This document shows, piece by piece, positions 9,778-19,997 of a stretch of DNA of 41,150 nucleotides. The translations under genes and the position numbers were made by a program. Numbering within the stretch: position 1 is the stretch's first letter; the number at the start of each line of letters is the position of its first letter. The notes under the pieces are model-generated. The model searched no databases. It worked only from the letters and a program-made list of their open reading frames with translations, and was not told the DNA's origin. The DNA comes from Gammaproteobacteria bacterium (GTDB taxonomy: Bacteria; Pseudomonadota; Gammaproteobacteria; SZUA-229), in assembly GCA_011321985.1 (NCBI GenBank), contig DROB01000039.1, positions 1-41,150 on the forward strand. The letters run 5' to 3'.

Positions 9778-11148
9778 ATGAAACTATCCGATAAAACACG
9801 CTTGCAGCTAACCGTTCAGAAATTGATTTTTCTGTTGTTATTCATCTCATGTATCGGCATGCTCGCATGGCTCAGTGATCATTACAGTTACCAATTTGAT
9901 CTGACAGCAAACAAACGACATTCGCTATCGGAGAGCAGCATCGACCTGCTCAACATCCTGGATAAAAAAGTTACGGTACACGCTTACACCACGGATGATA
10001 TAACGAAAAAAGCGATCATCGAAATCATCAATCGCTATCAACAGGTTAAATCTGATTTTGATATCCGCCTGCTGAACCCGGATATCGATATCGAACAGGC
10101 GAGGCTGGACGGTATCGTGATGAACAAGCCTTATGCTTTTGTCATCTATTACAACGACCGCATGGAACCCATAAATTCATTGAGTGAACAGGCTATCAGC
10201 AATGCTCTACTCCGTTTGAATCGGAGAGATAATCAACAGCTGGTTTTTTTGACTGGTCATGGTGAACGTGAACTAGATGGTGATGACAATCGCTCATACT
10301 CAAAATTAAAACAACAACTGACGGATATGGGGTTCAACCTGCAGACCATCAACCTGCTGCAACAACCCCTGCCAGAGAATACCAAACTACTGGTCATCGC
10401 GGCACCTGATAAAGATTATCTCACCGGTGAATACGACACTATCGAGACCTATATCAACGATGGTGGCAACTTGTTATGGTTGGTCGACCCCGGTAGTTTA
10501 CACGGCCTGGATAAACTTGCCGTCTCACTCGGCTTGCAACTGCAGGACGGTGTCATCGTCGACAATAACGAAAGCCTGAGAAAAACACTCAACATCCAGC
10601 ACCCCGCCATCATACCGGTCACTGAATATTTTCCACACAGTATCACCAATACCATCCGGTATAACACCTTGTTCCCTATGGCGCGGGGTATCAGCCCATT
10701 AACAAAAGATAAAACGGTCAATCACTGGCAGGCCGAAGCCCTGTTCAGTTCTTTCGGTAAGAGCTGGAGCGAGACTGGCAGCCTGTCTGAAGATATGGTA
10801 TTTGATTCCAGCGCAGGTGATGTAGCTGGTCCCATCACCATCGCCGTCGCACTGCACCGCACTACCGGGAATATCAAATCACAGAGAGTCGCCGTTATCG
10901 GTGACAGCGATTTCCTGTCTGACACCTACATAGGTGCCGGTGCCAATCTCAATCTTGGATTAAACTTCTTCAACTGGCTGATCGGTGATGATGATCTGAT
11001 CTCTGTCGAGACCAAAGCCTCACCAGATACAAAACTGGAACTGAGTGAGACCCAGCTCGTCATCATTGGCTTTGGCTTTTTCCTGGTGATACCGCTGCTG
11101 TTATTGATGACCGGCTTTTTCATCTGGTACAGAAGAAAAAACAAATAG
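9778..11148 (+). CDS. GldG-like ABC-transporter auxiliary protein
   Basis: N-terminal TM (LIFLLLFISCIGMLAWL), a large extracytoplasmic region, and a C-terminal TM plus basic tail (FFLVIPLLLLMTGFFIWYRRKNK). This architecture and its position after GldA/GldF-like genes fit GldG. The track starts at GTG 9769; I prefer ATG 9778. Confidence 0.75.
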   Translation: MKLSDKTRLQLTVQKLIFLLLFISCIGMLAWLSDHYSYQFDLTANKRHSLSESSIDLLNILDKKVTVHAYTTDDITKKAIIEIINRYQQVKSDFDIRLLNPDIDIEQARLDGIVMNKPYAFVIYYNDRMEPINSLSEQAISNALLRLNRRDNQQLVFLTGHGERELDGDDNRSYSKLKQQLTDMGFNLQTINLLQQPLPENTKLLVIAAPDKDYLTGEYDTIETYINDGGNLLWLVDPGSLHGLDKLAVSLGLQLQDGVIVDNNESLRKTLNIQHPAIIPVTEYFPHSITNTIRYNTLFPMARGISPLTKDKTVNHWQAEALFSSFGKSWSETGSLSEDMVFDSSAGDVAGPITIAVALHRTTGNIKSQRVAVIGDSDFLSDTYIGAGANLNLGLNFFNWLIGDDDLISVETKASPDTKLELSETQLVIIGFGFFLVIPLLLLMTGFFIWYRRKNK

Positions 11149-11160
11149 ACCCGTTCACCG

Positions 11161-11985
11161 ATGTCCAGAAAAAACCTTCTTAATCTTTTTCTATTGATCA
11201 TTGCAGCAGCTCTTGCCAGTATTGTTTTTTTCAGCGAGACCAGCAGTGATAAATTAGCACCTCTCTCTACTATTGATATCACTGCCATAAAAAAAATAAC
11301 AATACAGCACAATACACATACTACCCTCATTGAAAGCCAGCGAGATGGACACTGGAAGCTACGACAACCGGTGGAGATAGATGCCAATGATTTTCGGATC
11401 AACTCGATACTCAAGCTTGTCAATGCACCGGTGCATAGCCACTATCCACTGAGTGATATCGATGCTGAAACCATCGGTCTGGATGACCCTGCCACAAAAA
11501 TAACCTTCGATGATCACACTATTTCCTTCGGGAGCATAAATCCAGCAACCGGACTGCGTTATGTACAGCTCGATAACACCATCTACACCATCGAAGACAT
11601 CTATTATCCTCTGATAAGCTCAAACTTCAGCGCATTGGTCTCACTCAACCTGTTGCCTGTCGACAGTCACATCGACAAGCTTATCCTCATCAATCAGACT
11701 ATCACCAGAGGCGACGATGGCTTATGGCGAAGCAATATCGCCATCACGGCTGACGATGTTGCCGGGGCCATCGACCACTGGCAAACCCTGCAGGCCTTCG
11801 GTGTACACAGATACCTGGAGCGGAAACAACTCGGTGAGGTATTCATCTATCTCACCGGACAACAGCAAGCTCTGCGTTATCTCATTACCGATACCGACCC
11901 GTGGCTGATCATCGCCCGTCCCGAGACAGGGCTTGAATATCACCTTGATATCGGAGCTTACGACCAGTTACTCGCCCCGCAATAA
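11161..11985 (+). CDS. DUF4340-like single-pass membrane protein
   Basis: 274 aa with an N-terminal TM anchor (LLNLFLLIIAAALASIVFF). Lies 12 nt after the GldG-like gene, the usual position of DUF4340 proteins. The family assignment is from memory of that arrangement, not a search. Confidence 0.6.
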   Translation: MSRKNLLNLFLLIIAAALASIVFFSETSSDKLAPLSTIDITAIKKITIQHNTHTTLIESQRDGHWKLRQPVEIDANDFRINSILKLVNAPVHSHYPLSDIDAETIGLDDPATKITFDDHTISFGSINPATGLRYVQLDNTIYTIEDIYYPLISSNFSALVSLNLLPVDSHIDKLILINQTITRGDDGLWRSNIAITADDVAGAIDHWQTLQAFGVHRYLERKQLGEVFIYLTGQQQALRYLITDTDPWLIIARPETGLEYHLDIGAYDQLLAPQ

Positions 11986-12087
11986 CCGGTCCGCTGGGCC
12001 ACAACGAACAATTCATCCACAATCCACTTCTGACCCGGTGCATTTACACGTATAATACTAACCACTGAAATTCTTGAGGGCATGATA

Positions 12088-12513
12088 ATGGCATCAAAAC
12101 AAGGCTTTGGCTGGAACGGTTTCCTGGTTCGTTTTATCTTCGCGATCATCGTCGTATTTGCTACCTATAATCCTGAAGGGGTCTCTTATTATGACTGGGT
12201 CTATGACGCACTCCCTGAGTTCAGTGTCATCAAGGCCTTTGCAGGTGTAATACTGCTCATCGCATGGATCATCCTCATCCGTGCAACACTCGGTTCATTA
12301 GGTGCTATCGGCATCTTACTCGCCGCCGCCTTCTTTGGTCTGGCTATCTGGCTGGTGGTCGACGGACTTGGCCTGTCTACCGATAATTTTCGGGTCATCA
12401 GTTACATCATCGAGATATTGCTCGCCAGTGTTTTAAGTATCGGCGTTTCATGGTCACACGTACGTCGTCGGGTCAGTGGCCAGGTTGACACTGACGAACT
12501 CGACAGAGGATAA
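12088..12513 (+). CDS. small integral membrane protein, function unknown
   Basis: About 141 aa with 4 predicted TM segments. GAGGG sits 7 nt upstream of ATG 12088 (the track start 12082 is too close to it). A perfect TATAAT is present at 12051-12056. Confidence 0.6.
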   Translation: MASKQGFGWNGFLVRFIFAIIVVFATYNPEGVSYYDWVYDALPEFSVIKAFAGVILLIAWIILIRATLGSLGAIGILLAAAFFGLAIWLVVDGLGLSTDNFRVISYIIEILLASVLSIGVSWSHVRRRVSGQVDTDELDRG

Positions 12514-12526
12514 ACAGTGAAGCTCT

Positions 12527-13342
12527 ATGCCAGAATTACCTGAAGTAGAAACCAGTCGCCGTGGCATCGAACCCTATCTGCTCGACCAGAAGATAAAGAG
12601 CATTACGATTCGCCAGCATAAATTACGCTGGCCTGTCCCGAAAAATCTGCCTGAGCTGGCTACTGGCAGAGTGATACGTGCGGTATCTCGCCGCGCGAAA
12701 TACATTTATCTCGAACTGGAAAATGGCACCATCATCATCCACCTCGGCATGTCCGGCAGCTTGCGGATATGTACCGATAAGACACCCGCTGAAAAGCATG
12801 ACCACATCGATATAAAAGTCGCCAGCAACAAAGTATTGCGCTTACGTGACCCTCGCAAGTTTGGCTGCGTATTATGGGCAAAGGGTGATGTCGGACAACA
12901 TAAACTGATAAAACCTTTAGGGCCCGAACCACTCGCTGACGACTTCACTGCAGAGTACCTGCATAAGAAAGCGAACAACAGACAGTGCTCTATAAAATCA
13001 TTGATCATGAACAGCCACATCGTCGTCGGCGTGGGCAATATCTACGCCAGCGAAGCACTGTACAGAGCGGGTATAAACCCCAAACGCAGGGCCGGGAACA
13101 TATCACTGCCTCGTCTGGAAAAACTGGTAGCCAGTATCAGATTAACATTACAACTCGCGATCAAGGAAGGGGGTACCACGCTACGTGATTTTACCGGTAT
13201 TAATGGACAGCCTGGTTATTTTTCACAGAAGCTTCTGGTCTACGGCAGGGACGGAAAAACCTGCAGCCAGTGTGGCGAAATGATAAAACAGTTTACGCAA
13301 CATGCGCGTTCGACTTTTTATTGTACGGTTTGTCAGCGTTGA
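12527..13342 (+). CDS. mutM: formamidopyrimidine-DNA glycosylase
   Basis: Canonical N-terminus MPELPEVET and a C-terminal zinc finger CSQCG...YCTVCQ. 271 aa. Confidence 0.96.
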   Translation: MPELPEVETSRRGIEPYLLDQKIKSITIRQHKLRWPVPKNLPELATGRVIRAVSRRAKYIYLELENGTIIIHLGMSGSLRICTDKTPAEKHDHIDIKVASNKVLRLRDPRKFGCVLWAKGDVGQHKLIKPLGPEPLADDFTAEYLHKKANNRQCSIKSLIMNSHIVVGVGNIYASEALYRAGINPKRRAGNISLPRLEKLVASIRLTLQLAIKEGGTTLRDFTGINGQPGYFSQKLLVYGRDGKTCSQCGEMIKQFTQHARSTFYCTVCQR

Positions 13343-13380
13343 GGGTTTGTGTGTTATCTGTATGGTTCGGGTGGCGCTTC

Positions 13381-13536
13381 ATCGCGGAATAAATTCCGCT
13401 CCTACAAGTGTGTATAAACCTGTAAATCGTGGCCTGCTGAATAAAACCCACCCCTACAGTTACACACCCACCTGTAGGAGCGGTTTGCAAACCGCGATGG
13501 CCTGCAGAAATAAATTACCATTACAGTAAAACACCC
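13381..13536. repeat. REP-type palindromic element, copy B (two arms plus conserved tail)
   Basis: Left arm atcgcggaataaattccgctcctacaag. Right arm cctgtaggagcggtttgcaaaccgcgat, followed by ggcctgcagaaataaatt...aaaacaccc, matching copy A. Confidence 0.8.
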
Positions 13537-13753
13537 ATAATCAACAAACACCCGGAACAACCACAAAACCTGGTTTACACCAAAAAGATAACAGGCTATC
13601 CCCTCGATCGACCGTTGTATCATTCTGCACACTCCCGGCAAAACCGGCAGAGAGCGGCATCGCGGGACACGTTCCACTCCTGCAGGTTTGTACACAGCTG
13701 CAAGAGGGTGAGAAAGTAAGATATACTTCCTGTACACAACGAAAGAGAACAGT

Positions 13754-14935
13754 ATGACATCCATCGGTACACCCCTGTCCAGCACTGCAACCAGAGTTTT
13801 ATTCTGCGGTGGTGGCGAACTCGGCAAAGAAGTTGTTATTGAGCTACAACGTTACGGTGTCGAGGTCATCGTCGTCGATCGTTATAAAAACTCACCTGCC
13901 ATGCAGGTCGCTCATCGTAACCATGTTATCTCTATGCTCGATGGCGAGGCTTTGCGTAAAGTCATCGAAACAGAAAAACCTGACTATATCGTTCCTGAAA
14001 TCGAGGCCATCGCAACCGACACTCTGGTAGAACTCGAAGCAGAAGGTTTTACCGTCATCCCTACTGCTCGTGCCGCCAGACTCACCATGAACAGGGAGGG
14101 CATACGACGACTGGCCGCTGAAGAACTCGGACTCAGAACCTCTCCCTATCAGTTTGCCAGCACACGTAGTGAATTTGATGATGCGATAAAAAATATCGGT
14201 ACCCCCTGTGTGATCAAACCCATCATGAGCTCATCCGGCAAAGGACAGAGCACCATAAGATCAGAAGCCGATATCAATGCAGCATGGAACTATGCACAGG
14301 AAGGTGGTCGCAGTGGTGCAGGAAAAGTGATCGTCGAAGGCTTCGTTGATTTTGATTACGAGATAACCCAGCTGACCGTGCGCCATGTCGAAGGCACCAG
14401 CTTCTGTGAACCTGTTGGTCATGTACAGGTCGATGGTGACTACCGACAGTCATGGCAACCACAGACGATGAGCCAACAGGCTATCGAGAAAGCCCGTGAC
14501 ATGGCGAAAATAATTACCGATGCTCTCGGTGGTCGTGGCATATTCGGTGTCGAACTATTCATCAAGGGTGATGAAGTCATATTCAGTGAAGTATCACCGA
14601 GGCCCCACGATACGGGCATGGTGACCATGATCTCACAGGATCTATCCCAGTTTGCATTACATGCCCGGGCGATACTGGGCCTGCCGATACCACAGATTCA
14701 GTTTCATGGTCCGAGCGCGAGCAGTGTCATCCTGGTCGATGGTCATTCCGAACATGTCGTATTCGATAATATCGACAAAGCCCTGCAGCTGAAAGATACC
14801 CAGGTCCGCCTGTTCGGTAAACCTGAAGTTAACGGTCAAAGACGTATGGGCGTTACGCTGGCAAGAGATACTGACATCGACAGAGCCAGACAGAAGGCCA
14901 TTCAGGCTTCAGCAGCCATATCAGTCCGGCTGTAG
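13754..14935 (+). CDS. purT: formate-dependent phosphoribosylglycinamide formyltransferase (GAR transformylase 2)
   Basis: Collinear with the E. coli PurT sequence as I remember it. Examples: [74 protein letters not shown]. Confidence 0.95.
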   Translation: MTSIGTPLSSTATRVLFCGGGELGKEVVIELQRYGVEVIVVDRYKNSPAMQVAHRNHVISMLDGEALRKVIETEKPDYIVPEIEAIATDTLVELEAEGFTVIPTARAARLTMNREGIRRLAAEELGLRTSPYQFASTRSEFDDAIKNIGTPCVIKPIMSSSGKGQSTIRSEADINAAWNYAQEGGRSGAGKVIVEGFVDFDYEITQLTVRHVEGTSFCEPVGHVQVDGDYRQSWQPQTMSQQAIEKARDMAKIITDALGGRGIFGVELFIKGDEVIFSEVSPRPHDTGMVTMISQDLSQFALHARAILGLPIPQIQFHGPSASSVILVDGHSEHVVFDNIDKALQLKDTQVRLFGKPEVNGQRRMGVTLARDTDIDRARQKAIQASAAISVRL

Positions 14936-14943
14936 ACAGACGG

Positions 14944-15567
14944 ATGAGATACATCAATACCGGCTTGCTTGCTACCCTGCTATTTTTTAGTATCGATGGC
15001 TACTCGATAGAGATTACACCGATAGCAGGCCTGCGTGCTGGCGGTGATTTTACAGATGAAACGAACAATAAAAAACATACGATAGTCGAGTCCGAGTTCT
15101 ATGGACTCATCCTCAGTTTCCCTCATGAATACGGCAAGACCATCGATATCTATTACAGCCACCAGTCATCGAAACTCAGATCTGTGTCGCTCAGCTTACC
15201 CAGCACCTCTTTCCCGACTGATGATATCGATCTACCACTGACCATCGACTATCTACATGTCGGTGGCACTACGCCGATTGAGCAGTACGAAAACATGAAG
15301 ACATACGTCAGTGGCGGCCTGGGGTTCACCTATTTAAATCCGGACCTGGGTGGACTTGATTCCGACATACGCCCCTCCTTCAGTATCGGTATCGGCATGA
15401 AGTGGCCCATAACCGATAACATCGCGCTGCGACTGGAAACACGAGGACTGGCGACCATGTTCAACAATGACACCTCGGTTTTCTGTAGTGGTGGCTGCGC
15501 ACTGGAGATAAAAGGTGAGTTTTTTGTTCAGGGTGAAGCATTTGCAGGCCTTGCCATCCGGTTTTGA
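14944..15567 (+). CDS. outer-membrane beta-barrel protein (OmpW/porin-like small barrel)
   Basis: Signal peptide, alternating hydrophobic beta-strand pattern, and a C-terminal aromatic residue (…GLAIRF). Starts 8 nt after purT. Confidence 0.65.
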   Translation: MRYINTGLLATLLFFSIDGYSIEITPIAGLRAGGDFTDETNNKKHTIVESEFYGLILSFPHEYGKTIDIYYSHQSSKLRSVSLSLPSTSFPTDDIDLPLTIDYLHVGGTTPIEQYENMKTYVSGGLGFTYLNPDLGGLDSDIRPSFSIGIGMKWPITDNIALRLETRGLATMFNNDTSVFCSGGCALEIKGEFFVQGEAFAGLAIRF

Positions 15568-15621
15568 TCCTGCGACGAAGGATCAGATAAATGCATGGCT
15601 TTCCCAGCGACCTGGAGCAAT

Positions 15622-15663
15622 AAAAAAGCCACGGAGATAAAATTATCTCCGTGGCTTTTTTTA
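15622..15663. terminator. bidirectional rho-independent terminator between convergent genes
   Basis: aaaaaagccacggagat-aaaatt-atctccgtggctttttt. A perfect GC-containing stem is flanked by an A-run and a T-run. Confidence 0.85.
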
Positions 15664-15706
15664 TGTCTTATAGCGTTTCCCTGCCGATGGGAAAATCGTA
15701 TTCCCC

Positions 15707-16453
15707 CTAGAAGGTATATACGATCGTTGCCGCCAGTTCCGTGTCAGTTTTTTTCGTGGCAGCGGGTACTTTTGATTTATTTCTCAGTGTATAAGTAATC
15801 TTCAACGCAAGTGAGCTATTGATACTCGCCTGTATACCTGTCACCGATTTAGTCGATGTAATATCTTCACCAACATCGACCGTGATGTCCTGGGTGAATT
15901 TTGAGTTACTGGTAATATCCCACCAGTACTTACCCGCCAGACGGAGCAGCTTTTCATCATCAGACTTACCGCCCTCGACCTTGAAGAATCTGATACCCGG
16001 GCCTATCTCAAGATCCAGCTCCATATCTGCTTGCTTTATGATCTTGCGTCCATAACCAGCCGCAACGTTATCTTCATAACCGAAACCACTGAAACGATCT
16101 TTCTGCAATTTAACCAGACCAAATATGTAATCATATTCATTGATCTTGTAATCAGACTTGCCCGATAACTCATAGCGTTCCGCAGAAGTAACGCTCTTAC
16201 CCGTATCATCCTGTGTCTGCGTACCAAAACCTTCTGCATGACCATTGTGACGCCATTTTTCTACCTCGTAAGTCACATCAGCTTTAGCCGCCGTTGTCTG
16301 CGTTTTGGTGTTACCTGAAGTATTAATAAAACCGAGCTCGGCTACCGCCTTCCAGGGTGATTTCGCTTCTTCTTTTTTCTCTTCAGCGATAACACTGCCC
16401 GTTACCAGCAACGAACCAGCCAGTGTGAACACGCAACAATATTTTTTCATCAT
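15707..16453 (-). CDS. DUF481 (YdiY-like) outer-membrane protein
   Basis: Signal peptide, then ELGFINTSGNTKTQT and repeated beta-strand pairs, ending ...TIVYTF. Typical of the DUF481 / salt-induced OMP family. Confidence 0.75.
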   Translation of the reverse strand: MMKKYCCVFTLAGSLLVTGSVIAEEKKEEAKSPWKAVAELGFINTSGNTKTQTTAAKADVTYEVEKWRHNGHAEGFGTQTQDDTGKSVTSAERYELSGKSDYKINEYDYIFGLVKLQKDRFSGFGYEDNVAAGYGRKIIKQADMELDLEIGPGIRFFKVEGGKSDDEKLLRLAGKYWWDITSNSKFTQDITVDVGEDITSTKSVTGIQASINSSLALKITYTLRNKSKVPAATKKTDTELAATIVYTF

Positions 16454-16472
16454 CTCTTTCCTGTATTAAAAC

Positions 16473-16520
16473 TTAAAAAAAACCTCTGCGTAAAGTGTAT
16501 CTACCACCATACGCAGAGGC
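16473..16520 (-). terminator. rho-independent terminator downstream of mscS
   Basis: The minus strand reads gcctctgcgta-(17 nt)-tacgcagagg followed by tttttttt. Confidence 0.75.
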
Positions 16521-16546
16521 TGGATTAAATCAGCTGATAGATATTA

Positions 16547-17365
16547 CTATGCAGCTTTATCCTGGTGTATATCCATCTGCGGATAAGGAATAGATATTCC
16601 TTCAGCATCAAAGGTCAGCTTTATCTTTTCGTGTATATCACCGTAGACACCCCAGTAATCGGAAGTCTTGCACCAGGGACGAACATTGAAGTTAACACTG
16701 CTATCTGCCAGTTCACCGACTGCCACGGTCGGTGCGGGATCTGCCAGGATACGATCATCTTCGCCCAGTATACGATTGATTATCTCTTTCGCTTTTAGCA
16801 GATCATCGTCATAACCGATACCGAATACCATATCGACACGGCGCGTAGCACGTCTCGAGTTATTAGTAATAGTGCCACCATATATCTCACCGTTAGGCAC
16901 GATGATCTCCCGGTTATCACCCGTACGCATGGTGATACTGAAAATACCTATCTGCTCGACAACACCGGACACACCCGCCGCTTCGATAAAGTCACCATCG
17001 CTAAACGGGCGAAAGATGATCAACATTACACCGGATGCTAAATTCTGCAGCGTACCTTGCAGAGCTAAACCGATAGCCAGACCAGCAGCACCGATCAAAG
17101 CGATCATCGATGTGGTATCAACCCCCAGCTGATCCAGTGCCGCAATAACGACAAAGAGCAACAGCACGGTGTTTATTATCGAGCCGATAAAGTTAACAAG
17201 GATATTGTCAACCTTCGCTTTGACCATGATTTTTTTAGCAAGCTTAACCAGCACGCCGATAACCATCTTACCGATGATAAAGATGGCCAGAGCCATCACT
17301 ATATTGATCGCCCATGGCATCACATAGGTTTCCATTATTTGCTGGATATCGATATTTTCTGGCAT
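16547..17365 (-). CDS. mscS: small-conductance mechanosensitive channel
   Basis: 272 aa. Three N-terminal TM helices, then LQNLASGVMLIIFRPFSDGDFIEAAGVSGVVEQIGIFSITMRTGDNREIIVPNG. Confidence 0.88.
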   Translation of the reverse strand: MPENIDIQQIMETYVMPWAINIVMALAIFIIGKMVIGVLVKLAKKIMVKAKVDNILVNFIGSIINTVLLLFVVIAALDQLGVDTTSMIALIGAAGLAIGLALQGTLQNLASGVMLIIFRPFSDGDFIEAAGVSGVVEQIGIFSITMRTGDNREIIVPNGEIYGGTITNNSRRATRRVDMVFGIGYDDDLLKAKEIINRILGEDDRILADPAPTVAVGELADSSVNFNVRPWCKTSDYWGVYGDIHEKIKLTFDAEGISIPYPQMDIHQDKAA

Positions 17366-17680
17366 TTTATTTCTCCTGTAGAGTTTTAGATAGTGAGCGA
17401 AGCTGGTTCGATCTATCGTTTAATTTTGTTTTTCTTTCTTTTTATGTCTCTTCTTGCAAGCATCTGTGTATACCGGCACCGTGAGCTACCAGCGAATATC
17501 CAGATGAAGGAGGCAAATATTATCACATTAGATTCAAGATAAATTTCAAACAGGGACCCTAAATGTTAATTTTTTGTTACTTTTAACCACGAAATATCAA
17601 AAATGGGCATATTTCGTTGATTTTTATCAACTTGTACTACAATTAATACACTGTGTAAGGTAATTATTCATAAGAAAGTC

Positions 17681-18100
17681 ATGATATTAGACATCCCCGG
17701 CGTTTCCGATAGAAGACAATCACCACGCTATGAAATAGCGTTGCCTGTCGACATGGTGCTGGCTGATGGCAGCGCATTATCGGTCACCACACGCAACATC
17801 TCCAGCAGAGGACTACAGATATCCTGCGACAGCTGGATCACCGATAAGATAGAACCCCGTGGCATCCAGAACCACGCCCTCAACCACCTGCGGTTAAAAG
17901 TTATTACTGAATTACCCATCGGTGAGGAATCAAAAAAACTCTATGTGAACTGCCGCATCATGTCTGTGCAGCGGATGTCACAGGACGAGTACACACTGAA
18001 CCTTGCTTTTATCGATTTTGAGAACGGCACAGAAAAAATACTGGATGATTTTCTCGACCAGTACCAGCAAAAAAAAACAGTGATTGACGCGATCGCCTGA
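17681..18100 (+). CDS. PilZ domain protein (candidate c-di-GMP receptor)
   Basis: RRQSPR (RRxxxR) and NISSRG (D/NxSxxG) motifs at the expected spacing. 139 aa. Confidence 0.8.
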   Translation: MILDIPGVSDRRQSPRYEIALPVDMVLADGSALSVTTRNISSRGLQISCDSWITDKIEPRGIQNHALNHLRLKVITELPIGEESKKLYVNCRIMSVQRMSQDEYTLNLAFIDFENGTEKILDDFLDQYQQKKTVIDAIA

Positions 18101-18153
18101 CACAAAATTAAAAGCCAGTTCACGCAAAGCGGACGTTGAAAGATTTAGAAACA

Positions 18154-18415
18154 TTTTTGCCGCGAAGGGCGCGAAAAAAACGCCAATAAAACTTTTTTTA
18201 GTCTTTTCCCCGGGTCGGGTTAGCGAAGCGTAACCCGACGTTTGCATCGACTTTAAAAGATTGAAAGCGATTAACCGCAGAGATGCAGAGAAAAACTATT
18301 TATTGTTGCTGCGCCACAGCCGCAGTAACAAAAGAAAACTCTGTGTCTCTGTGGTGAATAAGCTTTTGATTCTAAGCTTTTCTTCGTGCTTTTCGCGTCC
18401 TTCGCGGCAAAAAAA
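18154..18415. repeat. composite nested inverted-repeat block between convergent PilZ and gltD genes
   Basis: Outer arms tttttgccgcgaagggcgcgaaaa (18154-18177) and ttttcgcgtccttcgcggcaaaaa (18390-18413) are reverse complements with 1 mismatch. Inner arms are aaccgcagagatgcagag and ctctgtgtctctgtggt. The core is ttgctgcg/cgcagtaa. A separate hairpin gtcgggttagcgaagcgtaacccgac lies at 18214-18239. Confidence 0.8.
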
Positions 18416-18484
18416 TTGTTTTTCAAATATCGGTTAATGACCGATAGCTGTCTCTTGCTCAAGAGTGATTCAGGCTGTTACCGA

Positions 18485-19960
18485 TCAGGGCAATAAAGTA
18501 TCACCCATCAGGAAACGATCGATCTCACGTGCCGCCTCACGACCTTCATTGATGCCCCATACCACCAGCGACTGACCTCGACGACAATCCCCGGCTGCAT
18601 ACACCCCTTCGATATTAGTCGCATACTTACCGTGTTCGGCCTGGTAGTTTGATCTTGCATCGTAGTCTATATTCAGCGCATCACTGACGTAGTGTTCAGG
18701 CCCTAAAAAGCCCATCGATAATAGCACCAGATCAGCATCCCAGACCTTTTCGGTGCCTTCGATTTCTTCCATGGCCCACTGACCATCCACCTTCGCCCAT
18801 TGTACTTCAACAATCCTCACACCACTGACATTACCACTACCATCATCGATAAATTCTTTGGTCAGGATCTGGTACTCACGAGGATCACGACCAAACCGAT
18901 CGGCACTCTCTTCATGACCATAATCAACACGGTGGATGAGAGGCCATAATGGCCAGGGGTTATCTTCTGCTCGCTCAACAGGTGATTGTGGAAGCAGCTC
19001 AAAATTCACCATCGATTTACAGCCGTGCCGCAATGAAGTTCCGATACAATCTGTACCGGTATCACCACCACCGATGACGATAACATCTTTACCTTTAGCT
19101 GAAATAAAGTTACCGTCGTTCAGATCAGAATCGAGCAGGCTTCTGGTATTCGCCGTCAGAAAATCCATCGCAAAATGCACGCCGTTCAACTCGCGGCCCG
19201 GGATCTCCAGATCACGCGCTTTCGTTGCTCCGGTGGTAAACAGGATCGCATCATTTTCATCCCGCAAGGTCTTAACATCGACCGCATCACTACCACTGCC
19301 ACCGACATCGGCACTGGTGATAAAAGTGACACCCTCCTCTTTCAACAGGTCAACACGACGCTGCACCACATCTTTACCCAGTTTCATATTAGGGATGCCG
19401 TACATCAATAATCCACCGATACGGTCTGCGCGCTCGTATACGGTAACGCTGTGCCCGGCTTTGTTTAGCTGTGCCGCTGCTGCCATTCCCGCTGGGCCGG
19501 AACCGATGACTGCTACTTTTTTGCCGGTACGGTGCTCAGGTGATTGCGCTCTGATCCAGCCTTCTGCAAAACCTTTATCGACGATCGCATTTTCGATATT
19601 TTTGATGGTGACCGCCGGATTAGTGATGCCCAGCACGCAGGAACCTTCACAGGGTGCCGGACAGACACGACCGGTAAACTCCGGAAAATTATTGGTCTTA
19701 TGCAGACGGTTCAGTGCTGCCTGCCATCGGTCGGTATAGACCAGATGATTCCATTCCGGGATAAGATTATTGACCGGGCAACCATTGTCGGACTGACAGA
19801 ATGGAACACCACAGTCCATACAACGCGCACCCTGATTTTTCAGACTATCGATATCGTGTGTCCCGGTAAAGATCTCACCATAATCTTTGATCCGCACACT
19901 CACTTCACGGTAACTTTCTGTCTTGCGTTTAAACTCTTTAAAACCTGTAGGCTTGCCCAT
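18485..19960 (-). CDS. gltD: glutamate synthase small subunit
   Basis: 491 aa. Fe-S cysteines CMDCGVPFC and CPAPCEGSC, and dinucleotide fold [14 protein letters not shown]. Confidence 0.95.
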   Translation of the reverse strand: MGKPTGFKEFKRKTESYREVSVRIKDYGEIFTGTHDIDSLKNQGARCMDCGVPFCQSDNGCPVNNLIPEWNHLVYTDRWQAALNRLHKTNNFPEFTGRVCPAPCEGSCVLGITNPAVTIKNIENAIVDKGFAEGWIRAQSPEHRTGKKVAVIGSGPAGMAAAAQLNKAGHSVTVYERADRIGGLLMYGIPNMKLGKDVVQRRVDLLKEEGVTFITSADVGGSGSDAVDVKTLRDENDAILFTTGATKARDLEIPGRELNGVHFAMDFLTANTRSLLDSDLNDGNFISAKGKDVIVIGGGDTGTDCIGTSLRHGCKSMVNFELLPQSPVERAEDNPWPLWPLIHRVDYGHEESADRFGRDPREYQILTKEFIDDGSGNVSGVRIVEVQWAKVDGQWAMEEIEGTEKVWDADLVLLSMGFLGPEHYVSDALNIDYDARSNYQAEHGKYATNIEGVYAAGDCRRGQSLVVWGINEGREAAREIDRFLMGDTLLP

Positions 19961-19997
19961 TATTATTCTCTGATTTTTTACTTATATTACTGAAACG

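Noticed and set aside
10926-11423. 165-aa minus-strand ORF spanning the GldG-like/DUF4340 junction.
   Set aside because: It is antisense to two well-supported plus-strand genes and has no motif content.
13537-13753. Checked the purT leader for a ZTP/pfl-type or purine riboswitch, and the purC leader (25850-25897) for a PurR box.
   Set aside because: No match to the conserved cores I know (the GGGTCGTGACTGGCG ... CCGCCTGGGCA type for ZTP, or the palindromic ACGCAAACGTTTGCGT type for PurR). Only isolated gcaaa words were seen.
13402-13827. 141-aa minus-strand ORF between mutM and purT.
   Set aside because: It runs through the REP element and overlaps the purT start. Its translation is repeat-derived with no recognisable domain.
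17978-18462. Two ORFs (89 aa and 63 aa) in the PilZ-gltD spacer.
   Set aside because: Both are translations of the nested repeat block (FAAKDAKSTKK, LCVSVV-type strings), with no ribosome-binding site.
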